From assembly GCA_964518675.1 (NCBI GenBank), contig CAZFGQ010000003.1:759-64758 (forward strand): 64,000 nucleotides of DNA, given 5' to 3'. The position numbers were made by a program, and so were the translations under genes. The notes under the pieces were generated by a model that was not told where the DNA came from, did no database searches, and was given only the letters and a program-made list of their open reading frames with translations. Positions 49,482 to 59,525 of the stretch are shown in pieces. Origin of the DNA: an uncultured Spirochaetota bacterium (GTDB lineage: Bacteria > Spirochaetota > B62-G9 > CAZFGQ01). Each line of letters opens with the position of its first letter. The stretch's first letter is position 1.

Positions 49482-52181
49482 ATGGAGGATTTAATGTCTG
49501 ATAGCAACTTTGACAAAAATGAATTAAAAACGACCATTACGATAAACTCCAGGAGGTTTACATTTTACAGTCTGGAATCACTTGAGAAAAAAAATATATG
49601 TAATGTGTGCAAACTTCCATATACTCTTAGAATCATACTGGAATCAATCCTGAGAAACCTGGATGGTAAAGAGATAAAGCAAGACCATTTATTCAAAATA
49701 TCCAGCTTCCCTAAAAATTCAGCTGAAAGTTCAGAGCTTCCTTTTAAACCCACCAGGGTAATTATGCAGGATTTCACAGGAGTACCCGCAATAGTTGACC
49801 TTGCTGCTTTGAGAGAGGCATTACATGAGAGGGGATTTCGGCCAGCAAAGGTTAACCCAACAATACCTGTACATTTAATTGTTGACCATTCCATCCAGCT
49901 TGACAGGTTCGGATGTTCATCTGCTCTCGAATACAACGAGAAACTCGAGATAAAAAGAAACATCGAAAGATACAAACTGCTTAAATGGGCAGCTGGAAAT
50001 TTTAACAATTTTACTCTGATTCCACCCTCACGGGGTATCATTCATCAGATAAATCTCGAACATCTGGCATCTGTGGTTACTGCAAAAAGAGCGGGAGAAG
50101 AGTATGTTCTTTATCCCGACACACTGATAGGAACAGATTCTCATACACCAATGATAAATAGTATTGGTGTTTTAGGATGGGGAGTCGGGGGAATTGAAGC
50201 CGAAGCGGCCATACTGGGAAAATCACTATCGATTAAACTTCCCGAAATAGTTGGACTGAGAATTACTGGAGAGATGGCTGAAAATGTTACACCAACCGAT
50301 GTTGTATTGACCCTTGTCCATTTCCTTCGAGAAAAAAACGTTGTTGGAAAGTTCATAGAGTGTTTTGGAGAAGGTGTTGAAAAACTGTCATTAACGGACA
50401 GGGCACTCATATCCAATATGACACCAGAATATGGAGCAACAGTTACATTCTTCCCCGTAGATTCAAGAACAATATCATACCTGAAACTCACAGGACGGAC
50501 TGATGAACACATAGCCATTATAGAAGGCTATCTAAAAGCACAGGGGCTTTTCAGAGACCAGGCGGGAGAAACTCCGCAATACAGCGAAACTTTCGAATTT
50601 AATCTTTCAGAGGTTGAACCATGTATCGCCGGTCCAAAAAGACCTCAGGACAAAATACCTCTTAAAGAATCCACCAGCACCATAAAAAAAATATTCTCAA
50701 CATATAATTATCAAACTAAAGAGTGCGGAGAGAATCATCAGCTAAAATCCACTATTGATCACTGTCTCGTAAATGGATCGGTAGTCATAGCGGCAATAAC
50801 AAGCTGCACAAACACATCCAACCCATTCCTCATGTTCTCAGCAGCACTTCTTGCAAAAAATGCCGTCAAGAGGGGTCTGCGTATTCCCTGGTACGTTAAG
50901 ACCAGTCTGGCGCCTGGTTCCAGGGTTGTTTACAGGTATCTTGAGAAATCAGGACTCCTACCGTACCTGGAGGCCCTCGGGTTTCACCTGGTAGGATTTG
51001 GATGCACCACATGCATAGGGAACAGCGGTCCTCTCAGAAGAGAGGTGGAAGAAACAATAGTAAAAAACGATTTAAACGTGTGTAGTGTTATCTCTGGTAA
51101 TAGAAACTTTGAAGGAAGGATCCACCCCCTTGTCAAATCAAACTTTCTTGCCTCTCCTCCGCTTGTAATTGCTTATGCAATTGCTGGTAATATACAGAAA
51201 GATCTCCTTAATGAACCGATATCACTTGGCCCTAACGGTGAGGAGATATATCTGAAGGAATTGTGGCCTGAAAAAACAGAGGTTGAACGTTACATAAATA
51301 GTTTCGTAACACCGGATTTATTCAGGGAGGAGTATTCAAATATCACAATGGGAAACCGCCTGTGGGAGGAAATAGAAACTGATAAGGGTGAATTATTCAC
51401 ATGGAATGAGGAATCAACCTATATCAGAAAACCTCCTTTTTTTGAAAAAAAACACTACCCGGTAAAAACAAAGGGCAAAATCGAGAATGCCAGAATACTT
51501 GCCCTCTTTGGCGATTCAATAACCACTGATCACATATCCCCTGCAGGAAAAATTAGTGAAAAAAGTCCTGCAGGAAAGTGGCTCCTGGAACATGGCGTCC
51601 ACCCGGAAGATTTCCATACCTATGGAGCAAGAAGAGGAAACCATGAGGTTATGCTAAGGGGGACATTCTCAAACCCAAGACTCAGAAATCTCCTTGTGAA
51701 GGATAAAACAGGTGGTTATACAATATACTTCCCGGAAAATAAAATACTTACCATATACGAAGCTGCGATGAAGTACATGAAAGAGGAAACTCCTCTTGTG
51801 ATAATTGCGGGTAAGGAATACGGCACGGGCAGTTCAAGGGATTGGGCTGCGAAGGGTACAGCTCTACTGGGAATACGAGTTGTAATTGCCGAAAGCTTTG
51901 AACGGATACATCGAAGCAACCTCATCCAGATGGGCGTACTGCCGCTTCAATTCGAGGAAGGGGAGAACGCAGAGAAGTTGGGTCTTAATGGTTCTGAGAT
52001 GATAAGCATCGAGGAACCTGAAAGCCCAAGGCAGAGGGTTAAGATAACTGCAAGTAGAAATGGAAATAAAGAAACTATCTTCTATGCAATAGCAAGAATA
52101 GATACTCACGCAGAATTTTTATACTACAAAAATGGTGGAATTTTAAATACCGTGCTCCTTGAGCTTATGGAAAAGCAGTAA
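49482..52181 (+). CDS. acnA: Aconitate hydratase A
   Basis: MQDFTGVPAIVDLA, GTDSHT, AAITSCTNTSNP, GCTTCIGNSG, TTDHISPAG, GSSRDWAAKG. Confidence 0.96.
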   Translation: MEDLMSDSNFDKNELKTTITINSRRFTFYSLESLEKKNICNVCKLPYTLRIILESILRNLDGKEIKQDHLFKISSFPKNSAESSELPFKPTRVIMQDFTGVPAIVDLAALREALHERGFRPAKVNPTIPVHLIVDHSIQLDRFGCSSALEYNEKLEIKRNIERYKLLKWAAGNFNNFTLIPPSRGIIHQINLEHLASVVTAKRAGEEYVLYPDTLIGTDSHTPMINSIGVLGWGVGGIEAEAAILGKSLSIKLPEIVGLRITGEMAENVTPTDVVLTLVHFLREKNVVGKFIECFGEGVEKLSLTDRALISNMTPEYGATVTFFPVDSRTISYLKLTGRTDEHIAIIEGYLKAQGLFRDQAGETPQYSETFEFNLSEVEPCIAGPKRPQDKIPLKESTSTIKKIFSTYNYQTKECGENHQLKSTIDHCLVNGSVVIAAITSCTNTSNPFLMFSAALLAKNAVKRGLRIPWYVKTSLAPGSRVVYRYLEKSGLLPYLEALGFHLVGFGCTTCIGNSGPLRREVEETIVKNDLNVCSVISGNRNFEGRIHPLVKSNFLASPPLVIAYAIAGNIQKDLLNEPISLGPNGEEIYLKELWPEKTEVERYINSFVTPDLFREEYSNITMGNRLWEEIETDKGELFTWNEESTYIRKPPFFEKKHYPVKTKGKIENARILALFGDSITTDHISPAGKISEKSPAGKWLLEHGVHPEDFHTYGARRGNHEVMLRGTFSNPRLRNLLVKDKTGGYTIYFPENKILTIYEAAMKYMKEETPLVIIAGKEYGTGSSRDWAAKGTALLGIRVVIAESFERIHRSNLIQMGVLPLQFEEGENAEKLGLNGSEMISIEEPESPRQRVKITASRNGNKETIFYAIARIDTHAEFLYYKNGGILNTVLLELMEKQ

Positions 52182-52188
52182 TCCCAAA

Positions 52189-52800
52189 TTACTTTATGCT
52201 GTCCAGGATTTTTTTGATATTGGCAAAAACCACGCTTCTCTCTTCATCTCCTCTTATTTCGTGAAGGATTCCCTTCTTTCTGTAATACTCAATCAGAGGG
52301 CCAAATGTTTCATAGAATACTTTGAGCCTCTCTTTAATCGTCTCCTCATTGTCATCATCCCTCTTAAAAACCTCAACGCCCTCCGGAGGTGGATCAAAAT
52401 AGATATTGTATATTCTTCCGTCCTTCGTCATTCTTCTTCCTGTCAATCGCTTGATCAGGATATCATCATCACAGACCAGGTATATTACAGCATCAATTTT
52501 TGCTATCTCATCGAGCTTTCTTGCCTGCTCAATTGTTCTGGGAAATCCATCAAGTATATACCCATTTTTGCAATCATCCTCTGAAAGCCTCTTTTCTATC
52601 ATTCCAATGATTACATCATCGGGCACCAGTTTCCCACTATCCATATAAGATTTGGCAAGCTTTCCAAGTTCAGATTGCTTCTTGACCTCTTCCCTGAGGA
52701 TATCCCCCGTCGATATATGGGGAATTTTGTAGAGCTCTGATATATCCTTTGCGTGTGTCCCCTTTCCGGCTCCTGGAGCCCCCATCAGTATAATGTTCAA
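52189..52800 (-). CDS. adk: Adenylate kinase
   Basis: GAPGAGKGT, HISTGDILR, GYILDGFPRT, RDDD. Likely TTG start at 52800 after GGAGG. Confidence 0.94.
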   Translation of the reverse strand: MNIILMGAPGAGKGTHAKDISELYKIPHISTGDILREEVKKQSELGKLAKSYMDSGKLVPDDVIIGMIEKRLSEDDCKNGYILDGFPRTIEQARKLDEIAKIDAVIYLVCDDDILIKRLTGRRMTKDGRIYNIYFDPPPEGVEVFKRDDDNEETIKERLKVFYETFGPLIEYYRKKGILHEIRGDEERSVVFANIKKILDSIK

Positions 52801-52956
52801 TTCTCCACCTCCTGAATATTTTTCCAATAACATAATCATGAACTACCTGGTTTATCAAGAAATTATCAATTCTAAAAAAAGGCTTAAAAACATACCAATT
52901 AGCCAATGCTGGGGAAATACTTCCCCTCTTTTATTATTTATAAATCAACAAATGCC

Positions 52957-55386
52957 CTATTCATAGTTTAAAAAACAGACAGGAGCTATGAGCAAAACAA
53001 CCTCATTCTCAAAGAGTCTGTATACCTGACACAGTTCAATTAATTTAACGAGTTCATCCGGAAGACTATTCTCAACCACACAGGTAACAATATCGCCCGT
53101 TTTTAAAAAACTTGAGAATGGTTTTTCACCTCTCACTCTTATTATTTCAGGTTCTTCTTCTAATCCCAAAATATTTTTCATTAATTCAATTGATCTGGCC
53201 AATCCGCCAAGTTCATCCACCAGTCCTCTCTGCCTGGCCTGCTCACCTGTCCATAGCTTTCCCTGTGCAATATTTCTCACCTCATCAATGTCCATACTCC
53301 TACCTTCAGCCACAACTCTGACAAATTTGTCATAAGTAGAACCCAGAAAATCCCTAATAATCTCTTTTTCCTCTTCAGTCATCTTCCTATAAATTGCTCC
53401 CATGTCCGAATGTTTTCCTCTCTTAATTGTTTCCCAGTTTATCCCAAGTTTTTTTGAGAGAACGGAGATGTTTGGAAAAACCGCCACAACACCAATTGAC
53501 CCTGTCAGGGTTACCGGCTCAGCAACTATCTTAGTGGCCGTTGAGCTAATATAGTAACCACCCGAAGCTGCCACACCACCCATTGATATAATCACTGGTT
53601 TTGGGTCACTTCCACCAACAGTTAATTTTATCTCTCTGGCAATTACATCCGAGGCAACCGCCGATCCCCCACCACTCGAAACGCGTATAATAATCCCTCC
53701 CACTGTTGGGTCATTCCTTGCTTTTCTGATGGCCCTAACCAGGGTTTCAGACCCAATCGAGGAGCCTTCTTTTCCCTCACCCGTATGGATTGGACCTATT
53801 GCATATATTATAGCTATACGTGAAGAAGAAGGTTTGCTCCAATCATATCTTATTTTCTCCGTAAACACATAACCACACATCTTCGTCCCAGGATAGAGAT
53901 TTTTGAGTTTATCTTTAAGTTGATCTGGATAGAGAATGCCATCTATTAATCCTTCCTCAAGAGCCCTTTCTGGCACAAGACAAGGTCCATCGTCTATTAT
54001 TTCTCTAATTGGCCTTTTTAATCTATCCTTTCTTCCAGATTCTATCATATCACACATGGAATTGTAGAGACTATCAATTACCAGATTTAATTGTGCCCTC
54101 TCTTCTTCAGTCATTCCCGACTCTGAATACATGTTGAATGAACTTTTATATGGATGACTCCTCATGTTCAGCACCTCTATACCCAGCATGTCAAGAAAAT
54201 CCTTCATATAAGGTGAAGCCATGGCAACACCAACCAGCGAGATATAACCCTGAGGTTGAAGGTAAATCTCATCGGCCACAGAAGCCGCGAGAGCATAATT
54301 CAGGTTACTCACCTCCTGATAATAGAATATGACCTTCTTTCCAGACTCCTTAAAACTTTTCAATGCCTGACTTATCTCCATATAATTCGCAAATGAAGCC
54401 CGAAAATTCTGATTCATCATCACAATCCCATATACAGACCCATCTTTTTCAAGCTTTTTAATCTCTTCAATTATCTGAAGGATATCTTTCCCCGGTTGTA
54501 TCACATTAAAATAAGAGGACTTCACAGGATTTTTTATCTCGACGACTCTTTCACCAATCTGGTAATTGATAAAGCGTTTATTTTTTTTCTTTGCCACGGA
54601 TCGAAACTCCTTACCAGATATGAAAACAAAACCACCGGCAGACTGGATTTTGGATCCATTAATGAAAATGGCCGTAGAACCTATCCTGACAAATGGAAAT
54701 GTAAAAGCTAACTCAACCCCAGCAGAGTTATCTTCCATATTCAAGCTTCCCCTGGCAAAAAATCCATCAAACAATTCTGTTTCAACTGAAAACATTGGAT
54801 TGTTAACATCTCTACCCCGCAAGGTTAAATCAATTGCTCCCGTGATTCTATTTCCAAGATAAGATGAAAAAAACAACGGTCTAAACCCAACACCAAACCG
54901 ATAAACTGGTTTATCAGAATGTAAAAACCGGGCATTAGCTCCAAGTGAAACAAAATCAGCGGGTCTTGATAGAAATGAAAGAATATAATCCGGTGTTTTC
55001 CAGGATTTTTCCCTCCAGCTTAAACCAAACCCAAAATAATTATTCAGACTAATACCAAAACCAGTACCAATACTATGAAAGTACACACCGTCTTTTCTTT
55101 CAAGGAAATACCCAAAATTGGGTATCCCTACTGAAAATGAGAAAGTATCCAGATAACTCCCAGAGATATCCCCAGAGCTTTCATTTATATAAGTGCCTGA
55201 AAAACCGAGACCAACATTATTTCCGAATCCCAGTGCTGCAGGATTGATCTTAGGAGAAACAAACCCATCCTCTGTAGCAACTGAATGCGGAGCATATGAA
55301 TAAGATTCTGCTGAAATACTGAATGAGGGTGAGATTAATAATACTAACCAGATAAAACAAATAATTTGTTTTACATTTATGCTCAT
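52957..55386 (-). CDS. sppA: Signal peptide peptidase SppA (two S49 domains) with N-terminal predicted beta-barrel extension
   Basis: RVSSGGGS, SMGGVAASGGYYI, TGSIGV, AQGKLWTG, GLVDELGG. ATG at 55386 after GGAGGT. About 270-aa beta-rich N-terminal region. Confidence 0.85.
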   Translation of the reverse strand: MSINVKQIICFIWLVLLISPSFSISAESYSYAPHSVATEDGFVSPKINPAALGFGNNVGLGFSGTYINESSGDISGSYLDTFSFSVGIPNFGYFLERKDGVYFHSIGTGFGISLNNYFGFGLSWREKSWKTPDYILSFLSRPADFVSLGANARFLHSDKPVYRFGVGFRPLFFSSYLGNRITGAIDLTLRGRDVNNPMFSVETELFDGFFARGSLNMEDNSAGVELAFTFPFVRIGSTAIFINGSKIQSAGGFVFISGKEFRSVAKKKNKRFINYQIGERVVEIKNPVKSSYFNVIQPGKDILQIIEEIKKLEKDGSVYGIVMMNQNFRASFANYMEISQALKSFKESGKKVIFYYQEVSNLNYALAASVADEIYLQPQGYISLVGVAMASPYMKDFLDMLGIEVLNMRSHPYKSSFNMYSESGMTEEERAQLNLVIDSLYNSMCDMIESGRKDRLKRPIREIIDDGPCLVPERALEEGLIDGILYPDQLKDKLKNLYPGTKMCGYVFTEKIRYDWSKPSSSRIAIIYAIGPIHTGEGKEGSSIGSETLVRAIRKARNDPTVGGIIIRVSSGGGSAVASDVIAREIKLTVGGSDPKPVIISMGGVAASGGYYISSTATKIVAEPVTLTGSIGVVAVFPNISVLSKKLGINWETIKRGKHSDMGAIYRKMTEEEKEIIRDFLGSTYDKFVRVVAEGRSMDIDEVRNIAQGKLWTGEQARQRGLVDELGGLARSIELMKNILGLEEEPEIIRVRGEKPFSSFLKTGDIVTCVVENSLPDELVKLIELCQVYRLFENEVVLLIAPVCFLNYE

Positions 55387-55551
55387 AATAACCTCCAATA
55401 TTTGGTGTACTGACAATTCCAATTATAACATATCAGATCTATAGAACAATCAGTGATTCTTAAAAGAACCAGATTTTCAACTCAAGAGGTATACCAGCCA
55501 AAAGCCCAACAGCGATTTCACTTTAGAGATTCTAAAAAGTGAAATATAATA

Positions 55552-55580
55552 TTGACACTTTTACAACGATATGATATAAT
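55552..55580 (+). promoter_or_regulatory. Consensus sigma70 promoter of the iclR-TRAP operon
   Basis: TTGACA-N17-TATAAT with extended -10 TG. Confidence 0.8.
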
Positions 55581-55586
55581 TAATTT

Positions 55587-55610
55587 CGAACAGCGTTCGT
55601 ATTTACGAAC
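55587..55610. promoter_or_regulatory. Candidate IclR-family operator at the transcription start
   Basis: GTTCGTA-TT-TACGAAC (55595-55610) plus overlapping CGAAC-AGC-GTTCG. Confidence 0.55.
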
Positions 55611-55655
55611 ATCATTCAAAACAGTATATACATCATAAATAAAATATCAACTAAC

Positions 55656-56429
55656 ATGGTAAAGTCTGTCGATAGAGCAATCAGAATTCTGGAGCTTTTA
55701 AGCGAAAACAACAAAATGGGAATCACAGAAATAAGTAAAAAATTAAACCTGCCAAAGACCACAACTTTCGATATTGTCTCAACCCTCCATGAAAGAGGCA
55801 TACTGGAAAAGGACGAAGAAAATAACAGATACTTTCTCGGTCTTAAACTATTTGAACTTGGCGATGCAGCCAGAGCAAACTTTGAACTCAGAAAAATTGC
55901 AGTTCCATACCTTAAAGAATTAAACAGTAAACTAGATGAAACCGTACATCTTACGGTCCGTGACGACGATGAGGCATTGTACATTGAGTGTTTTGAATCT
56001 ACCAAGAGGTTGAGAACATACTCGGTAATTGGAGTAAGGGCACCGTTGTACTGTACAGCAGTGGGTAAAGCTCTTCTTGCGTTTTTGCCTGATGAAGAGA
56101 TAAAAAAAATTGTAAGGAAAAAGGGATTTATAAGATTCACACCCAATACAATAACCGATGAAAAAAGGCTCTTTGATGAAATAAAAAAAATAAGAGAGCT
56201 GGGTTATTCAATCGACGATGTTGAACATGAGGAAGGGGTACGATGCGTGGGGGCGCCAATCAGAGATCATACAGGTAGGGTTGTGGCATCAATAAGTGTT
56301 TCTGGCCCCACTCAAAGGGTTACAAAAAGTAAAGTACCACAGTTGGCAAAAATAGTAATGGCAACTGCTGAAGAAATATCAAGTAGACTCGGGTATAAAA
56401 AAACCAGTTTAAAAGTTGTCAGTAATTAA
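55656..56429 (+). CDS. IclR-family transcriptional regulator
   Basis: VKSVDRAIRILELL HTH, PLYCTAVGKALLA, GYSIDDVEHEEGVRCVGAPI. Confidence 0.94.
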   Translation: MVKSVDRAIRILELLSENNKMGITEISKKLNLPKTTTFDIVSTLHERGILEKDEENNRYFLGLKLFELGDAARANFELRKIAVPYLKELNSKLDETVHLTVRDDDEALYIECFESTKRLRTYSVIGVRAPLYCTAVGKALLAFLPDEEIKKIVRKKGFIRFTPNTITDEKRLFDEIKKIRELGYSIDDVEHEEGVRCVGAPIRDHTGRVVASISVSGPTQRVTKSKVPQLAKIVMATAEEISSRLGYKKTSLKVVSN

Positions 56430-56516
56430 ATCCAAAAAAAGGAGGTGATTCAAACCAATTAAACTACCGGTAAAGAAGGTATTAATAAAATAAAAAATCC
56501 AAGGAGGTATAGGGTC

Positions 56517-57533
56517 ATGAAAAAGTTTAAAGTACTAACAACGTTGATCCTTACAGCAGTTTTCATCTTCACGGTACTGGGGATAGCCACTGCAGCTGAC
56601 AAAACCTATGTATTGAGATTCAACACCGTTGCGGGTCCTAACGAGCCCCAAACCCTCTCCATGAAAAAGTTTGCCGAGGTAGTTTCAGAATTAAGTGGGG
56701 GCAAAATAAAGGTAAAGGTCTTTCATTCCGGGCAACTTGCAGACCAGAAAACCGGTATTCTCGGGGTAATGAGAGGCTCACTTGAAATGACAAGCGATGC
56801 TAGCCCCTCATGGTTTTCTGATCTGGCAAACTATCCAGAGATAGCCGTACTTGAGGCAGCTTACATCTATCGCGATCTTGACCACCTCTACAGGGTTCTC
56901 ACCGGCCCATTCGGACAGAAATACTGGGACACTCTGGCCAGAAAGTCCAACATTCGGGTTCTTGATATCTGGTACCTTGGCACAAGAGAGTTGAATTTAA
57001 CCAGAAAGGCTGGCGTCGTCAGAAGACCAGAGGACCTCAAGGGCATCAAACTAAGAATGCCAAATACAGAAGCATGGCTCGATGTGGGAAGAGCACTGGG
57101 TGCAAACCCAACGCCATTGGGTTTCGGTGAAGTATATATGGCTCTAAAAACCGGAACAATAGATGGTCAGGATAATCCTCTACCAACCGACTATTCAGAG
57201 AAGTTCTGTGAGGTTACCCACTATATCGTGCTCACTGACCACGTAATAGGATACATTACCCCAATAATCAACGAGAAACTATGGCAGAGCATGCCTGAAA
57301 ACTACAGATTCTACATTAAACAAGCAATGAGGGTTGCAAGGTTCTATCAGAACGAAATGGTTCTTGAACAGGAGGCTAAACTTCTTGGTATTTTCCAGAA
57401 AGAGTATGGAATGGAAATTATTGTTCCCGACAAGAAAGCTTTTATGGAACATGCAAGAAGGTTCTACAGCCAGCCAAAGTTCGACAGAAAATGGGGAAAG
57501 GGAATGTATGCCCGTATCCAGACCATGGAGTAA
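56517..57533 (+). CDS. TRAP transporter substrate-binding protein DctP
   Basis: Signal peptide, EDLKGIKLRMP, LGANPTPLGFGEVYMALKTGTIDGQDNP. Confidence 0.92.
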   Translation: MKKFKVLTTLILTAVFIFTVLGIATAADKTYVLRFNTVAGPNEPQTLSMKKFAEVVSELSGGKIKVKVFHSGQLADQKTGILGVMRGSLEMTSDASPSWFSDLANYPEIAVLEAAYIYRDLDHLYRVLTGPFGQKYWDTLARKSNIRVLDIWYLGTRELNLTRKAGVVRRPEDLKGIKLRMPNTEAWLDVGRALGANPTPLGFGEVYMALKTGTIDGQDNPLPTDYSEKFCEVTHYIVLTDHVIGYITPIINEKLWQSMPENYRFYIKQAMRVARFYQNEMVLEQEAKLLGIFQKEYGMEIIVPDKKAFMEHARRFYSQPKFDRKWGKGMYARIQTME

Positions 57534-57546
57534 TTATTGAAAAAAG

Positions 57547-57580
57547 ATGCTCCGGGAATGCTCTATTCCCGGAGCATTTT
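57547..57580 (+). terminator. Strong stem-loop after dctP (partial terminator or mRNA stabiliser)
   Basis: ATGCTCCGGGAAT-GCTCT-ATTCCCGGAGCAT then TTT. Confidence 0.7.
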
Positions 57581-57668
57581 GTTTACAAAGTAAATATCTG
57601 TAAAATATAATTGAAATACTATTACTTACAGCTATTCTTAATAAAGAGAAACCAGAGGGTATAGCAAG

Positions 57669-58190
57669 GTGAAAGATTCAAAGCTCACATTGAAGAAAAT
57701 ATATGATTTTCTGGAAATTCACCTGCCGAGCTATATTTTTATCCTGCTTATAATTACCATTGGCGTTGGAGTTTTCTCAAGATACGTACTAAATCATCCA
57801 ATACCTCAATTATTTGAGCTTTCGATCTATAGCTTTGTATGGGTTATATATCTTGGTGCGGCTCTTGCTAAAAGATACGATAAACACATAAGATTTGATA
57901 TACTCTACAGAAAATATTCCGAAAAAACAAGGCATGTGGTTGATATAGTTTTTGATATTATTACAAGTGTTGCATTTATACTTCTTCTAATACCAAGCGT
58001 AAGGTATACAATTATGAACTACAGTATTAAAGCTTCAGCACTGAGGATACCCTGGACATATCTTCTCATGTGTTTTCCAATTTTCATCATACTAATGCTT
58101 TTTCACATGATTACCTCCATCATTTTCAGTATTAAGTATATCTCAGGAAAAGAGGTCAGAATCGAAGAGGAGGTTCTTCCGTGGCAGTAA
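57669..58190 (+). CDS. TRAP transporter small permease DctQ
   Basis: 4 TM helices, VFSRYVLN, ELSIYSFVWVIYLGAA, HIRFD. Confidence 0.88.
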   Translation: MKDSKLTLKKIYDFLEIHLPSYIFILLIITIGVGVFSRYVLNHPIPQLFELSIYSFVWVIYLGAALAKRYDKHIRFDILYRKYSEKTRHVVDIVFDIITSVAFILLLIPSVRYTIMNYSIKASALRIPWTYLLMCFPIFIILMLFHMITSIIFSIKYISGKEVRIEEEVLPWQ

Positions 58191-59473
58191 TAGTCTGGGC
58201 ATTGGTGTTCGCGGCAGTATTTGCACTTGGATATCCAATTGCACTGGGAATGTTTGTGAGTTCAATTCTTTACCTGCTGATCTCACACATTGATCTTTTA
58301 ACAGTTATGGATTTAATGGTAATAAAGTTTGAAAACCAGTTTGTCCTGCTGGCAGTCCCGCTTTTCATATTCACGGCAAAGGTAATGAATGCTGGAAAAC
58401 TGACCGACCGATTGTTCGATTTCGCAAAGGTTATTGTTGGTCCTCTGAAAGGGGGACTTGGACATGTAAACATCGTTGCAAGTATTATATTTGCGGGGAT
58501 GTCCGGTTCCGAAATAGCAGACGTTGCGGGTTTGGGTACAGTAGAAATAAAAGCTATGAAGGATGCAGGATACGATGGGCCCTTTGCATGTGCAGTTACA
58601 TGTGCTTCAGCCACAATCGGGCCAATTATCCCACCCAGTATCCCGATGGTAATATATTCGATGTTATCCGGAGCTTCTGTGGGATACCTTTTCCTAGGAG
58701 GGATAATTCCCGGGCTTATCCTTGGTGCCACAGAAATGATACTTGTACTTATACTCTCTATAAAGAGGAACTATCCATCTGGTAAATGGGTTCCTTTCAA
58801 AGAGTTTATTAAAATTACGGCCGAGTCATTTCCAGTTATTCTGGCACCTGCAATTCTCCTTGGAGGAATATACGGAGGAATATTTACACCAACTGAAGCG
58901 GCGGGAATCGTGGGGATATACGTTGTAATCCTGAGCCTCTTTGTCTACAGATCTCTCGGCTTAAAATCACTCTACAAAGTGCTTATAGAATCGGTGGTAA
59001 GCACGGGGTTCATAAGCTTTATCGTTGCCGGTGCATTCCTGTTCGGATATGTTGTGGCAAGAGAAGAAATTCCCGCAATGATAACACAGGGCTTTGTAAA
59101 TCTCGGACTGATGCACAGCAAATGGACTGTTCTGCTTTCGCTTAATCTATTATTCCTGGCACTCGGATGTTTCATAGATGTTTCTGCAATACTTCTTATA
59201 ATAGTTCCAATTGTTCTTCCACTTGTTCAGGCGGCAGGAATCGATCTTGTTCACTTTGGTGTTGTTACGGTATTTAATCTGATGATTGCTCTGGATACAC
59301 CACCATATGGAGAAACCACATTCATAACAAGTGCAATTAGTGGTACTCCCCTGCCGGATGTACTGAGGGAGATGATCAAGTTTATAGCATTTGAATTAAT
59401 CGCACTATTTATTGTCACATATATTCCCGATACAGTACTTTGGATTCCAAGACTTGCGGGCTATCAGGGCTAA
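58181..59473 (+). CDS. TRAP transporter large permease DctM
   Basis: LAVPLFI, GGLGHVNI, SGSEIADVAGLG, IGPIIPPSIPM, GGIFTPTEAAG. Confidence 0.93.
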   Translation: MAVIVWALVFAAVFALGYPIALGMFVSSILYLLISHIDLLTVMDLMVIKFENQFVLLAVPLFIFTAKVMNAGKLTDRLFDFAKVIVGPLKGGLGHVNIVASIIFAGMSGSEIADVAGLGTVEIKAMKDAGYDGPFACAVTCASATIGPIIPPSIPMVIYSMLSGASVGYLFLGGIIPGLILGATEMILVLILSIKRNYPSGKWVPFKEFIKITAESFPVILAPAILLGGIYGGIFTPTEAAGIVGIYVVILSLFVYRSLGLKSLYKVLIESVVSTGFISFIVAGAFLFGYVVAREEIPAMITQGFVNLGLMHSKWTVLLSLNLLFLALGCFIDVSAILLIIVPIVLPLVQAAGIDLVHFGVVTVFNLMIALDTPPYGETTFITSAISGTPLPDVLREMIKFIAFELIALFIVTYIPDTVLWIPRLAGYQG

Positions 59474-59525
59474 AAACTCTGATACAGTTATTCAATACAA
59501 TCCACCACGAAAAGGGGTGATTTTA

